A stretch of DNA of 64,000 nt from Gammaproteobacteria bacterium (GCA_965222155.1 CBDCTH010000012.1:576001-640000); one strand, 5' to 3'; positions 32,327 to 42,631 are shown, numbered from the stretch's first letter. A program made the numbers and translations. Notes: a model not told the origin generated them from the sequence alone.

Positions 32327-34279
32327 CTACTGGCCGGATGACCTGTATCCGGGGTTCAGTTTGCGCTTGTCGCCGATGCGGATGGTCACGCGCGTGCTGT
32401 CCAGGTATTCCAGTAACGGTATAGCAAACTTTCTTGAAGTATCCACGAGTTTTCGCATCTCCGCCACGGTAAATGCAGTGGAGTGGGGGTAGGCCCGTTC
32501 CAGGTTGCGCACCATCTCGTCGATGCACTGGCGGTGGAAAACCAGCACGCGGTTCAGGCCTTTGCTATATATCGGTACGAGTTCACCAGTTTCCGTCAGG
32601 AACTGGTACAGGCGTTTCCTGTGCGGATTGCCTTGCAGTATTTTATTGAGTTCCGGCGGTTTCAAGCCGCCTGATTTAAACACACCGGCGATATCTTCGG
32701 CGATCTTTTTCTGTTTTGCATCCAGTGTATTCAATGGGTCGAAATCCTTGAGCCGTATGACGTCATTGTCCACCTGGACAAAACCGTGCTCACTCAGGTG
32801 TTCAATCAGTGACCTGAAAACCATGTCGTCAATGCTCCCTTCCAGGCGTGAGCGGAGCTGTGCCAGGGGTTGTCCTTTCCGGATCGGGTTTGCCCCATGA
32901 AATCGCTCGATCTCGGACAACACCTGTCCGCATAAGGCATCGAATATCGTCCTTGATAACAACCACTTCGCACCTACACTGACAACCTTTGTTTCATCCA
33001 GAGTGTGAGTCAACTCATCCCTTGCCAGATTCACGGACCTGGACAGGTCCATCATCTCTATTCCCCGTGTCCCTCTTGCCTGGATCAACTCATGTATGAC
33101 GTCTGCCGTGTTCCCGCTTGCCAGCCTGGATAAGCGCGCCACGGCGTGTTGGTCCGAGCGCCGGTGTTTTGTCGGGTTGTTGTCCAGGATGCGCCCGCCG
33201 CCGATAGTCATCACGGGAGACATGCTGCGGACGATAAAACGTTCTCCCACCGGCGCGACAACGTCGCACGCGCAATCAAGCTGGGCAGCAAACGCCGATC
33301 CCGGTTCCACCTGCCCGCCCCCCAAGATACGCAACACCGCTGATACTTCGCAGGTTCCGAACAGGACGCGAATCTTCTCACCGTACCTGGGTAACGGCCC
33401 GGTCCGCTTAAGTAACTGCAACTCCACATCCAGAAGCCGCGCGGGGTTCAGGTATCCCGGAGAAGCCAGAACATCGCCTCTGGCTATCCGGGTTCTGTCA
33501 ACGTTGCGCAGGTTTACCGCGACCCGCTGTCCCGGATACGCGATCTCTTCAGCCTTGTTGTGGACTTGTATTTGACGAATATGGGCCTGGCGGCCGTGCG
33601 GCATGAGCGCGACCTCCTGGCCGTTTGACAGCGTGCCGTTCCTCAAGGTGCCGGTTGCGACGGTGCCGAAACCGGGCATGGTAAACACCCGGTCCAGCGG
33701 CAGGTAACAGTGTCCGATATCTTTTCTCCCGGCGGGATTGAGCAACTGCTTTTCCAGCAGCATCATCAAATTGTTGATGCTGTCCCCATCGCTTATGGAC
33801 GTCTCGGTGATTTGCGCGCCTTCCATGAATGTGCCTGCCGTGAAGTCCCTTATTTCGTCCCTGACCCGGTCACAGTCGGCGCGAGTGACCAGGTCGGACT
33901 TGGTAATCACCACCAGGCCCTTTTCAAGGCCCAGGAGACCCGAGATGTTGAAATGTTCCTGCGTTTGCGGTTTGATCCCCTCATTCGCCGCCACCGTGAG
34001 CAACAGGTAATCTATTCCGGTCGCGCCGGATATCATCATGCGGATGAAATCCTCATGACCGGGGACGTCTATGAAATCGATGACACCGCCTTCCGACTCA
34101 AGGTAGGCGAATCCAGGCACGATCGACAACCCTCTTTCCTTTTCCTCCTTGAGGCGGTCTGTTTCCATGCCGGTAAGGGCCCTGACCAGGCTGGTTTTGC
34201 CGTGATCAACGTGCCCCAGTACACCTATCGTAAGATGTGCGGGTCTATCCGTTGTTTTGTTGGGCCTGGAACCGGCCAT
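32327..34279 (-). CDS. selB: Selenocysteine-specific elongation factor
   Basis: GHVDHGKT, TDRLKEEKERGLSI, DVPGHE; C-terminal SRKFAIPLLEYLD winged helix. Confidence 0.96.
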   Translation of the reverse strand: MAGSRPNKTTDRPAHLTIGVLGHVDHGKTSLVRALTGMETDRLKEEKERGLSIVPGFAYLESEGGVIDFIDVPGHEDFIRMMISGATGIDYLLLTVAANEGIKPQTQEHFNISGLLGLEKGLVVITKSDLVTRADCDRVRDEIRDFTAGTFMEGAQITETSISDGDSINNLMMLLEKQLLNPAGRKDIGHCYLPLDRVFTMPGFGTVATGTLRNGTLSNGQEVALMPHGRQAHIRQIQVHNKAEEIAYPGQRVAVNLRNVDRTRIARGDVLASPGYLNPARLLDVELQLLKRTGPLPRYGEKIRVLFGTCEVSAVLRILGGGQVEPGSAFAAQLDCACDVVAPVGERFIVRSMSPVMTIGGGRILDNNPTKHRRSDQHAVARLSRLASGNTADVIHELIQARGTRGIEMMDLSRSVNLARDELTHTLDETKVVSVGAKWLLSRTIFDALCGQVLSEIERFHGANPIRKGQPLAQLRSRLEGSIDDMVFRSLIEHLSEHGFVQVDNDVIRLKDFDPLNTLDAKQKKIAEDIAGVFKSGGLKPPELNKILQGNPHRKRLYQFLTETGELVPIYSKGLNRVLVFHRQCIDEMVRNLERAYPHSTAFTVAEMRKLVDTSRKFAIPLLEYLDSTRVTIRIGDKRKLNPGYRSSGQ

Positions 34280-34294
34280 AGCCCGGGGACAGGT

Positions 34295-34657
34295 TCAGGC
34301 CCGGCCTGTGGCCGGGTCTGCAGTCACTATCTCACCGACCATGAGTTCCGGGTCTGCTTCGGTATATTTCGGCCAGTCCTCAGCAAGCTGCCTGCGCGCA
34401 TCTTCAACCGCGAACAGGCTTGTCATGGCGTCCACTTCCTCCCTCCTGTTGAAATACAGGGTGCAGATACAGTGATACGGCGCATTGCCGTCTTTACCGT
34501 CTGAGGTAATATGCTGGTCGACCTCGATCTTCAGTGGTGAAATACCGCGATACTCACGCAGGAGGCGGATGCCCAGGGGCAAATGCACGTCGTAGTAATG
34601 CTGCCAGTCAAACGTCGAACCGGGTTTGTTCGGGTAAACAATTCTCACACTGTACAT
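34295..34657 (-). CDS. EthD-family protein
   Basis: VYP..PGSTFDWQHYYDVHLPL...DWPKYT..P. Confidence 0.8.
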   Translation of the reverse strand: MYSVRIVYPNKPGSTFDWQHYYDVHLPLGIRLLREYRGISPLKIEVDQHITSDGKDGNAPYHCICTLYFNRREEVDAMTSLFAVEDARRQLAEDWPKYTEADPELMVGEIVTADPATGRA

Positions 34658-34681
34658 GGTTGTTTTCCTGGTTATTTTATT

Positions 34682-34881
34682 GCCACAGAGGACACAGAGA
34701 TCACAGAGTTTGATCCCTGCTGATCCTGCCCAACTCGCCATTCCCGCGCAAGCCGGAATCCAATGAAGCAAGGTACCGCTTTCACTGGCAGGTTACTGAC
34801 TGGATTCCCGCTTGCACGGAAATGGCAGGGGGGACGCCGAAATGAAGATATGAACCTCATATACTCTGTGCCCTCTGTGGC
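34682..34881. repeat. Nested palindromic repeats: GCCACAGAGGACACAGAG...CTCTGTGCCCTCTGTGGC enclosing an inverted REP-like pair
   Basis: Terminal inverted match; internal CATTCCCGCGCAAGCCGGAATCCA and TGGATTCCCGCTTGCACGGAAATG. Confidence 0.7.
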
Positions 34882-36089
34882 TATTGGGTTGCCTCGCGCA
34901 TGGCTTCCAGGCAGGCGTCGACGGTGTAATGAAAATTCCTCAATGCCAGTTCCTCGTCCTGGAAATGGAAGTATTCCTTGGCGCCGGATTTCAATACCTG
35001 TTGCACCTTCTCATGGGTGACGGTGTCTTCCATCAGGGTATCGCGCAGACCGACCTTGTTGTATTCCTGGCAGAACAACTCCCCGGCATTACGCGGTGGA
35101 ACAGTATTTACCCCGATCTCCCAGATGGTGCGATCGACGGCAAGCGGCCATACGTTGTACATCCAATAGCTGTCCCGCATCAGGCCCATAATCACGTTGG
35201 GAAAGATGAAATACAGGTTCATAGCGCCTTTCAGGTGATATTTTTTCGTATCGGTTCGGCGCGGCTCCGTAAAGGCAAACGCATCGTAGGCGCCAATCCC
35301 GTATTTCAGGCTCACCTGACCCGTCGGGGTAGGATTAAACACTGGAGGAGGTTCCGTGCCCACGAGCCCATGGGGACCCAGGACTTCCAATATACTGTGG
35401 CGTAATAACATACCGGCGGCAGAAGTGGACCGAGCCAGACTGTTTTTGTGCAGGAATGGCACGTGCCAGCCTTCCAGTTGTGCGTCCAGCAACACCTTCC
35501 AGTTGACTTTTTCATCCACGCTGTACCATTCGCGCCGGGTCAATTCAGCGAACGGGTAATCCTTGAGGGATGTGGTGACCGGCTCCAGGTAGTCTTCCAG
35601 TGATTGCTCATCCATGGGCTTGAGGCGGATGAAGATGAAGCCGTTCCATACGTCCGCCTGGATTTCCGTCATATCCAGGTTGGCATCCGGGCCGGTGAAA
35701 AAGTTTTCCTTGTCGGTCATGTTGATCAGCTTGCCCCGGGTATCGAAGGCCCAGCCGTGGAACGGACAGACGAAGGCGCCCCGGCACTTGCCACGCTTTT
35801 GCCAGACCACCTGGTTGGCGCGGTGTGAACACATGTTGTGGAAGGAGCGGATGACGTTGTCACGCCCGCGCACCACCAGTACCGAGGTATAGCACACCTC
35901 GATATCCCTGACGAAGTAATCACCCGCTTCGGGGATCAGTTCAACCCGTCCTACGTTCAGCCAGGAGCGGCGGAATACCGCCTCCCGCTCCGCCTTGAAT
36001 ACGTCAGGGTCGATACATGGCTGGATGGGGAGCGGATCCGTTCCCAGCTCGGGGTATTTTACCGTATGTGTTTTATGGGTCAGTTCCAC
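34881..36089 (-). CDS. Rieske aromatic ring-hydroxylating oxygenase alpha subunit
   Basis: CSHR...CPFHGW; NWK...EGWHVPFLH. Confidence 0.92.
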   Translation of the reverse strand: MELTHKTHTVKYPELGTDPLPIQPCIDPDVFKAEREAVFRRSWLNVGRVELIPEAGDYFVRDIEVCYTSVLVVRGRDNVIRSFHNMCSHRANQVVWQKRGKCRGAFVCPFHGWAFDTRGKLINMTDKENFFTGPDANLDMTEIQADVWNGFIFIRLKPMDEQSLEDYLEPVTTSLKDYPFAELTRREWYSVDEKVNWKVLLDAQLEGWHVPFLHKNSLARSTSAAGMLLRHSILEVLGPHGLVGTEPPPVFNPTPTGQVSLKYGIGAYDAFAFTEPRRTDTKKYHLKGAMNLYFIFPNVIMGLMRDSYWMYNVWPLAVDRTIWEIGVNTVPPRNAGELFCQEYNKVGLRDTLMEDTVTHEKVQQVLKSGAKEYFHFQDEELALRNFHYTVDACLEAMREATQ

Positions 36090-36124
36090 GGGCAGTCACT
36101 TCGTTCAATGACTGGAGTACATGC

Positions 36125-36475
36125 TCATGGACACGGTGAAGGGACCGAAGTCGCTTCACCGGGAACGAAACGGCGCATGTCCAGACCGAAAGGGTGATCC
36201 GGCCGCTTGTACAATTCCACAGCAACCCATACCTCGGCCAGCGACAGGGTCATATTCAGCAGGCGTTGCTCGGGTTCAGGCATCTGATCCAGGGGAAAAC
36301 CGTTCAGGTGGCCAAGCGCCTCTTCGATACGTGCCAGCATGGCGGAATAAAACGCCTGGATTTCTTCCATGGAAGAGGCGAGACGTTTTTGCAGGCGTTC
36401 GGTTTCGCCGAACAGCGCCCAATCGGCAAAAGGTTCCAGGTCAGTGAAACCGGAGGGTAACAGGCAATCATTCAC
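36125..36475 (-). CDS. Conserved hypothetical protein upstream of Rieske oxygenase
   Basis: LPSGFTDLEPFADWAL...RLASSMEEIQAFY; operon position. Confidence 0.7.
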   Translation of the reverse strand: MNDCLLPSGFTDLEPFADWALFGETERLQKRLASSMEEIQAFYSAMLARIEEALGHLNGFPLDQMPEPEQRLLNMTLSLAEVWVAVELYKRPDHPFGLDMRRFVPGEATSVPSPCP

Positions 36476-36570
36476 ACCGATATTATTCTATGAAATTGTG
36501 GTCCTCCTGATTATACTGTCTGCAAATTCTCTTGGGAAGCTTGGGCCACTAATGAGGAACTGATAGAACC

Positions 36571-38877
36571 ATGATCCCGGCATGCATCACCAAGGTAGAC
36601 ATTGCGCAAGCCATGCGGCGCATCAAGCGTAATGGAGTTCCTCTGGGAAGACAGGGCCGGAATTACTGCTTGGTGGCAAATGGTGGACATTTGCCTCCGA
36701 AGTACACGATTTCCCTAGCGCATGAGATCGCCACGGGCGAGGCATTGAATTCGAACCGGTTCTCCGGGGGTGCGGAGTCCAATAACTTCCTCCGGCGCTG
36801 CGGCTTCAAGGTTGTCGAGTGCGTTTGCGGCGGTAGCGATCAGGTTGCCAGCCGCGCCGCATCCGTATCTGTATCCGGTTCGTCAGAAAGGGCAAGAACT
36901 ACATCAACGCGTCACTCCGAGCGGTGTCCGGAATGCAAGCAACGGGTTCGTGAACTTCTGGAGCGCATCTACGGGAGGTGCCTGCCGAACCCCGGATTTG
37001 GCTGGCGAACCGACCTCGCCCCTTATGCGAAAACCTCGATTGGTACTGCCCTGCAGGACGTGGCCACAATGCTGCAGACGTATCGGGGGTTCGGTATCAG
37101 TGACTTTGTACGAAACAAAACGCTGGCGGGCTGCGATTTCTGGGTCCCCGACCCCGACTTCATCGTCGAGTTCGACGAGAGTCAGCATTTCACGAGTGCG
37201 CGGAAGCTCGCGCTTTCCGTGTACGCGGACGATAAGCCCCTAGGGTTCTCCGCGAAGCGCTGGATCACACTATGCGAGAAGCACAATGCGAAGGACAATG
37301 ACCCCCCCTTCCGCGACGAGCAACGCGCCTGGTACGATACGTTGCGAGACCTCGTTCCGTCAATCAAGGGTTTGCGTCCGACAGTGAGGCTCTATGCTCG
37401 TGACCGGGTCTGGTGCTCACTCGACCCGGACAGCGAGGAGGATCAAAAACGTTTCTCAGACCTGATGCATCAGGGGCGTCCTCCGTCCGGTCAAACAACT
37501 GCAGCCATCCGCTCCTCCGCTGATCGGCCAACATCAATCCTTCGAGTGGCGATGGTGTTTCCTCCAGTGGAACAGAGGTCGAAGAACGGTGTTCCACCCA
37601 GTGGAGCGGAGGCTCACAGACCAAAGGTGCCTTCGAGGAAACAATTCGCTGACGAATCCGTCGATTTTGTACTGTTTCCCGAAGGGTATATACGCGCGTC
37701 CGACGTCAAACGCAAAAGGTTATTGCAGAAGCTCGCTTCCGATTTAGACGCGCCGTTATTGGTAGGTGCAACCGACAACAGTGTTGACCCGGACAGTTGC
37801 CGCAACTGGCAGGTTCTTCTTCGCTTTGAACCCGGTGGCTCCTGTCCGTGCCGCGTATATGTAAAACACTCTACTGCGGAAGCGGTTGCCTTTGGGATGC
37901 CGGAATGGGAACCGCATGTCAGGCTCCCAACCTTTGAATTGGGTGGCGTAAGAGCTGGGGCAACAATTTGTCACGACCACTACCTGGGATTGCTTCCACG
38001 CTTTCTTGGCAAGAACGGAGCGCGGGTATGGGTGAATCCAAGTTTTGACAATGTAGTGGATATCAAGTGGTCATCGGTTCTACGGTTAAGGGCGGTGGAG
38101 AACCGTTTCTTCGCACTATGCACATTACACTGCGACGTGACGAAGAGGAAGAGGAAGAGGCCGAGAACTCACCCTTTCGCGTTCTCTCCTGACGGCAGCG
38201 AACTATCGGCTAGACAGGCGGGTTCTGAAGACGTACAACCTTTGTCAGAATGCCACAAGCCCGGCATCTACATCATCGAACTCGATATGGCGGCGGTGGA
38301 CGAACCGCTCGACTGGTCGAAGCTCCCAAACGCTGAAAAACAGAAGTGCACCCGGAAGGAAAGCGAAGATAGCAAACTCGTACGCGTCAAATTGAAGGGC
38401 AGACGGCCGACCGTGTTCGGATGCTCGGGCTGGAAGAGTGGCGATACCGGCTCGTGCGTCGAGACCGATCACGGTCCGGTCTACGTGGGGGTGGTACCGG
38501 GAGAGCGGATTCTGGATGCGGCCGAGTGCTTTAATGTGCTCTATCAAGCGAGAAAGATGAAATGTACGCCAATCATCTGGAATCACTGGGAGCAGCTTCC
38601 GGCCGATTCGGCGAAGCTGGCAACGCTCATGATGGGAAGGGCGATTGAGTGCTGCGCGCCAATCGTCATTTCTGACCGAGGTGGGATATGTGAGTTGGTC
38701 GAGTTATCGAATAAAAACAAGATCCCCGCTCGGAGAAAGATGGAGGAGTCTGGGGAAGCGATAGCGGATATCAGATATGCATGGGGATTGAAATCTGCGT
38801 TCAATATGGTGGAGGAAAATATTCGCCCCGGAAACAAGAAGCGAGAAGCATTGAAGCGCTATCGGAGCCTTGGCTAG
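36571..38877 (+). CDS. Multidomain protein: McrA/McrB-type N-terminal DNA-binding domain + Vsr/PD-(D/E)XK-like nuclease + carbon-nitrogen hydrolase domain
   Basis: LPPKYTISLA..FSGG.ESNNFL; CDF..IVEFDESQHF..QRAWYDTLRD; nitrilase triad LFPEG / YVKH / TICHD. Confidence 0.7.
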   Translation: MIPACITKVDIAQAMRRIKRNGVPLGRQGRNYCLVANGGHLPPKYTISLAHEIATGEALNSNRFSGGAESNNFLRRCGFKVVECVCGGSDQVASRAASVSVSGSSERARTTSTRHSERCPECKQRVRELLERIYGRCLPNPGFGWRTDLAPYAKTSIGTALQDVATMLQTYRGFGISDFVRNKTLAGCDFWVPDPDFIVEFDESQHFTSARKLALSVYADDKPLGFSAKRWITLCEKHNAKDNDPPFRDEQRAWYDTLRDLVPSIKGLRPTVRLYARDRVWCSLDPDSEEDQKRFSDLMHQGRPPSGQTTAAIRSSADRPTSILRVAMVFPPVEQRSKNGVPPSGAEAHRPKVPSRKQFADESVDFVLFPEGYIRASDVKRKRLLQKLASDLDAPLLVGATDNSVDPDSCRNWQVLLRFEPGGSCPCRVYVKHSTAEAVAFGMPEWEPHVRLPTFELGGVRAGATICHDHYLGLLPRFLGKNGARVWVNPSFDNVVDIKWSSVLRLRAVENRFFALCTLHCDVTKRKRKRPRTHPFAFSPDGSELSARQAGSEDVQPLSECHKPGIYIIELDMAAVDEPLDWSKLPNAEKQKCTRKESEDSKLVRVKLKGRRPTVFGCSGWKSGDTGSCVETDHGPVYVGVVPGERILDAAECFNVLYQARKMKCTPIIWNHWEQLPADSAKLATLMMGRAIECCAPIVISDRGGICELVELSNKNKIPARRKMEESGEAIADIRYAWGLKSAFNMVEENIRPGNKKREALKRYRSLG

Positions 38878-39007
38878 TGTGGGTTTCTATCGTGATATAT
38901 TTGACTCTTTTGAGAAGGAACGTTCGCCCTGCAAACTATTATGATCATTGAACGTCCCGGAGGTTTTGGGTTGACATGTCCCGGTTAGGCGGGGGACTGA
39001 TTGAACA

Positions 39008-39598
39008 ATGAGGAAAGTATTTTTCAGTTTTGATTGGGATGACGTTTTGCGCGTCCATCAAGTCCGTAACAGTTTGGCTACAAAAGGTAACTATAAGACA
39101 GCCGGCCTTCCAGACGTTGCGGAGATAGAGAAGACCAGGAAACAATCGAATAAAGAAATCCGAAAATGGATAGATGAGCAATTGACAGGGACGTCTGTCA
39201 CCTGTGTTCTTATCGGTAACAGGACAAATAAAAGCAAGTGGGTCAAGTACGAGATAGAAAAGAGTATTAAAAAAAGGAATGGACTTTTAGGAGTTCTTAT
39301 TCACGAGTTAAAGGACATAAATAGTTGTATGGATGGAATAGCAGAGCACCCTTTTAAAGGTTACAATCAGACTGATTGCGCCGCGTTAGTTAAAAACGCC
39401 CTGCTTGGAAGAGGCGCGGGATGGGGTCTTTCAAAGCTTCTATTCCCTCAACTTTCTATTGGGTTAGCTGTTTTTGGAACTGCTCTTGCTATGCTGGGGC
39501 CAAAAGACGATTACAGAATTTATGATTGGGTTGAAGATAATGGGGATGCTAACTTGGGGAACTGGATAGAAGAAGCTGCGAAGCAAGTGGGCAGCTAA
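39008..39598 (+). CDS. ThsB-like TIR domain protein (DUF1863) with hydrophobic insertion
   Basis: RKVFFSF, GTSVTCVLIG, WVKYEI catalytic Glu, YDWV..G..NLGNWIEEAA. Confidence 0.88.
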   Translation: MRKVFFSFDWDDVLRVHQVRNSLATKGNYKTAGLPDVAEIEKTRKQSNKEIRKWIDEQLTGTSVTCVLIGNRTNKSKWVKYEIEKSIKKRNGLLGVLIHELKDINSCMDGIAEHPFKGYNQTDCAALVKNALLGRGAGWGLSKLLFPQLSIGLAVFGTALAMLGPKDDYRIYDWVEDNGDANLGNWIEEAAKQVGS

Positions 39599-39652
39599 GG
39601 AACGTTGTGTTAAAAGGACGGACTACCGCTGACAGCATAAGGGACCACATCT

Positions 39653-40301
39653 ATGCAAAACCTGTACATATTTGTAGATGAAAGCGGAAACTTTGATTTC
39701 TCCGAAAAAGGGACACGTTTTTTAACTCTGACTTGCATAATAACAGAGCGCCCCCTTTGGATTTTACAAGGAGCTGCACGAGGCAAGATATGATTTAATT
39801 GAGTATGGCATTCCTGTTGAAGCTTTTCACTGTGCAGGGGACAACAAACATATCAGGGCCAGAATTTTTCAACTTATCCAGAATTATCAAATAAAATTTG
39901 GAATCAACAGCCTGATTGTTGAGAAGAACAAGATTGGGCTTTCGCTTCAGAAACCGGAAACGTTCTACACAAAGTTGCTGGGGTATCTTATAGGGCATGT
40001 CTTCAATGACTACCCGTGTAGACAAGCCAGTAAAATTGTTATTGTCACAGATACCATCCCGATACAAAGGAAGCGTAAGGCAACAGAAAAATCAATAAAG
40101 GTGACCCTGGCGCAAATGTTGCCCAAAGATACGAGGCTCACAATTTTACACCATACAGCCAAGGCTCATTATGGACTACAGGTTGCAGACTATTGCAGTT
40201 GGAGTATTTTCAGAAAATAGGAGTATGGAGATGAAGAAAGCTACAAATTAATCAAACCAGCTATACAAAGCGAATTTGAAGTCTTCCTTGCCGGAATGTG
40301 A
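39653..40301 (+). pseudogene. DUF3800 protein pseudogene (frameshift at C-run near 39750, internal TAG near 40218)
   Basis: IFVDESG N-terminus; GLQVADYCSW C-terminal motif. Confidence 0.85.
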
Positions 40302-40325
40302 GATGGTGTTAAGAAACGAAGGGAA

Positions 40326-40391
40326 CGACCTCCCCGACTACTCCATTTCTGGAGAGGTCCCCTTGGGCTCTTATCATCGGGGAGGAACCTT
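40326..40391 (+). ncRNA. Putative DUF3800-associated structured RNA
   Basis: CCTCCCCGA/TCGGGGAGG closing stem with internal hairpin CTCCA-TTTC-TGGAG immediately 3' of DUF3800 gene; strand uncertain. Confidence 0.6.
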
Positions 40392-40534
40392 TGTATTAAT
40401 TATAGGATAAAAAAGTAAAAAATACTATAAAAAAACGACATAAAAATATCAGGGAAGGGAAACCGGTATGTCTGCATCTAATCAGGGATTTCTCCATAAT
40501 ACTATCCGTATTTTCTGTGAAGGAATAAAAAAAC

Positions 40535-42631
40535 ATGGGCTATCAAATCGGCATTGACGTGGGCGGCACCTTCACCGACCTGCTGGTCTGCGATGAGGGC
40601 GGGCGGACCCGCATTTGCAAGTCGCCTACTACGCCGGCGGACCCCAGCCTGGGTGTGTTTACCGCCCTCGAACAGGCCGCGCGGGACACCGGTTTCGAAC
40701 TCCGTGATTTTCTTGCCGATGTGGACGCCATTGTCCACGGCACCACGATCACCACCAATGCGGTGCTTACCCATACCGGCGCCAACACCGGTTTCATCAC
40801 CACCCGGGGGTTCCGCGACCTGCTGGCCCTGCGCCGGGGCATGAAGACGGGAGAACGTTACGACCTGGAACTGGCGCCGCCGCCTACCCTGGTCGAACGG
40901 GCGTTGACCCTGACGGTGACCGAACGGGTCGACGCCAAGGGCAGAATCCTCACTCCCCTGGTGGAAGATGATGTGCGCGCGGCAGCGGAAGTACTGCGTA
41001 GCGCCGGGGTCGAAGCCGTCGCGGTCTCCTATCTCTGGTCGTTTCTCAACCCGGAGCATGAATTGCGCACCCGGGAAATCCTGCAGGAAATATTGCCCGG
41101 GGTGTACATCTCATTGTCCTGTGAGGTATTGCCGCAGATACGGGTGTACGAACGCAACAGTACCACTGCCCTGAATTCCTGCACGGGACCGCCACTGGCA
41201 CGTTACCTGGATAACCTGGAAGTACGCCTGGGCGAAAACGGTTTCCGTGGCGTGTTGAACATCATGCAGTCCAATGGCGGCTGTATGTCTCCGAAGGTCA
41301 CCAGCCGGTTTGCCGTCAATACCTTGCTGTCCGGCCCCGCCGGTGGTCCCGGTGCCGGAATGCATTACGGGCGCACCCACGGTTATAAAAATATCATCAG
41401 CGTGGATATGGGCGGCACCAGTTTCGACGTTGCCCTGGTGCAGGATGAACGTGCGGCTGTCACGTCGGAAAACGAAGTGGCGGGCTTCCACGTGGCGGTG
41501 CCCATGCTGGACATCCACACTGTCGGCGCCGGGGGTGGATCGATTGCCGGCGTCGATGACGGCGGGATGTTGCACGTCGGGCCGGCCAGCGCCGGCGCCG
41601 ATCCCGGTCCTGCCTGTTACGGCCGCGGCGGAACCGAGCCGACGGTAACGGACGCGGACCTGGTGCTGGGTTACCTGGCTGCCGATTACTTCCACGGCGG
41701 CGCCCTGAAGCTGGACCGTGCCGCAGCCGTTGCAGCCATCGAAAGCAGGATTGCCGGGCCGTTGGGTTTGTCCGTTACGGATGCCGCCTATGGGATCTAC
41801 CGGGTGGCGAATTCGATCATGAGCAATGCCGTCACGGTGGTGACGGTGCAACGCGGTCTGGACCCGCGCGAGTTTGCCATGATCGTCGCCGGTGGCGCCG
41901 GACCGATACACGCGGTGCCCATCGCCAGGGAACTGGGTATCCACACTTTGCTGGTGCCCAGGGAATCCTCCGTATTCTGCGCGGCCGGCATGCTGCTGTC
42001 CGACCTGAAGCATACCTATATACGCACCTGCGCCATGGTCGGTTCCCTGGTGGATTTCAGGATCATCAATGAAGCAATACATAACATGCGGGATATGGCG
42101 CTTGCAACATTCAGGGAAGAGCAGGTCGACGGCGCTGATGTGACCCTGGATTTCTCGGCTGACCTGCGTTACGTCGGCCAGTTCAATGAGGTCGAGGTGC
42201 CCGGTTTCAGCGGCGGCACGGCGGATAGTACGGCGTGGGAGCAACTGGTAGACCAATTCCACCGGCTCCACGACGAGCGCTACGGCTACAGCCTGCCCCA
42301 TGCGGAAGTGGAGCTCATCAACCTGCGCCTGAGCGCCACAGGCGCCACGAAAAAACCGGTGACGCAGAAACACGAACTCGGCGGCCCTGCGGCCGATCAC
42401 GCCCGCAAGGGAGAACGCCCCGCCTGGTTCGACAACAGGATGGTGACCGTACCCGTCTACGACGGTCTTGCCTTGCAGCCGGGTAACCGGCTACCGGGCC
42501 CGGCCATCGTCGAACAACCGACAACAACCATCGTATTACCGGGTGACACCGGACTCAGTTGCGATCAGTGGGGAAATTACCTCCTGGAAAAAGCGGATAT
42601 TTGGGGTCAGAGTAAAAATACAGTGAATTAA
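40535..42631 (+). CDS. Hydantoinase/oxoprolinase A subunit
   Basis: GIDVGGTFTD, HGTTITTNA, LLSGPAGG, DMGGTSFD, SAGADPGPACY. Confidence 0.95.
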   Translation: MGYQIGIDVGGTFTDLLVCDEGGRTRICKSPTTPADPSLGVFTALEQAARDTGFELRDFLADVDAIVHGTTITTNAVLTHTGANTGFITTRGFRDLLALRRGMKTGERYDLELAPPPTLVERALTLTVTERVDAKGRILTPLVEDDVRAAAEVLRSAGVEAVAVSYLWSFLNPEHELRTREILQEILPGVYISLSCEVLPQIRVYERNSTTALNSCTGPPLARYLDNLEVRLGENGFRGVLNIMQSNGGCMSPKVTSRFAVNTLLSGPAGGPGAGMHYGRTHGYKNIISVDMGGTSFDVALVQDERAAVTSENEVAGFHVAVPMLDIHTVGAGGGSIAGVDDGGMLHVGPASAGADPGPACYGRGGTEPTVTDADLVLGYLAADYFHGGALKLDRAAAVAAIESRIAGPLGLSVTDAAYGIYRVANSIMSNAVTVVTVQRGLDPREFAMIVAGGAGPIHAVPIARELGIHTLLVPRESSVFCAAGMLLSDLKHTYIRTCAMVGSLVDFRIINEAIHNMRDMALATFREEQVDGADVTLDFSADLRYVGQFNEVEVPGFSGGTADSTAWEQLVDQFHRLHDERYGYSLPHAEVELINLRLSATGATKKPVTQKHELGGPAADHARKGERPAWFDNRMVTVPVYDGLALQPGNRLPGPAIVEQPTTTIVLPGDTGLSCDQWGNYLLEKADIWGQSKNTVN

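Noticed and set aside
32026-32424. ORFs overlapping selC
   Set aside because: Explained by the tRNA and the adjacent repeat element
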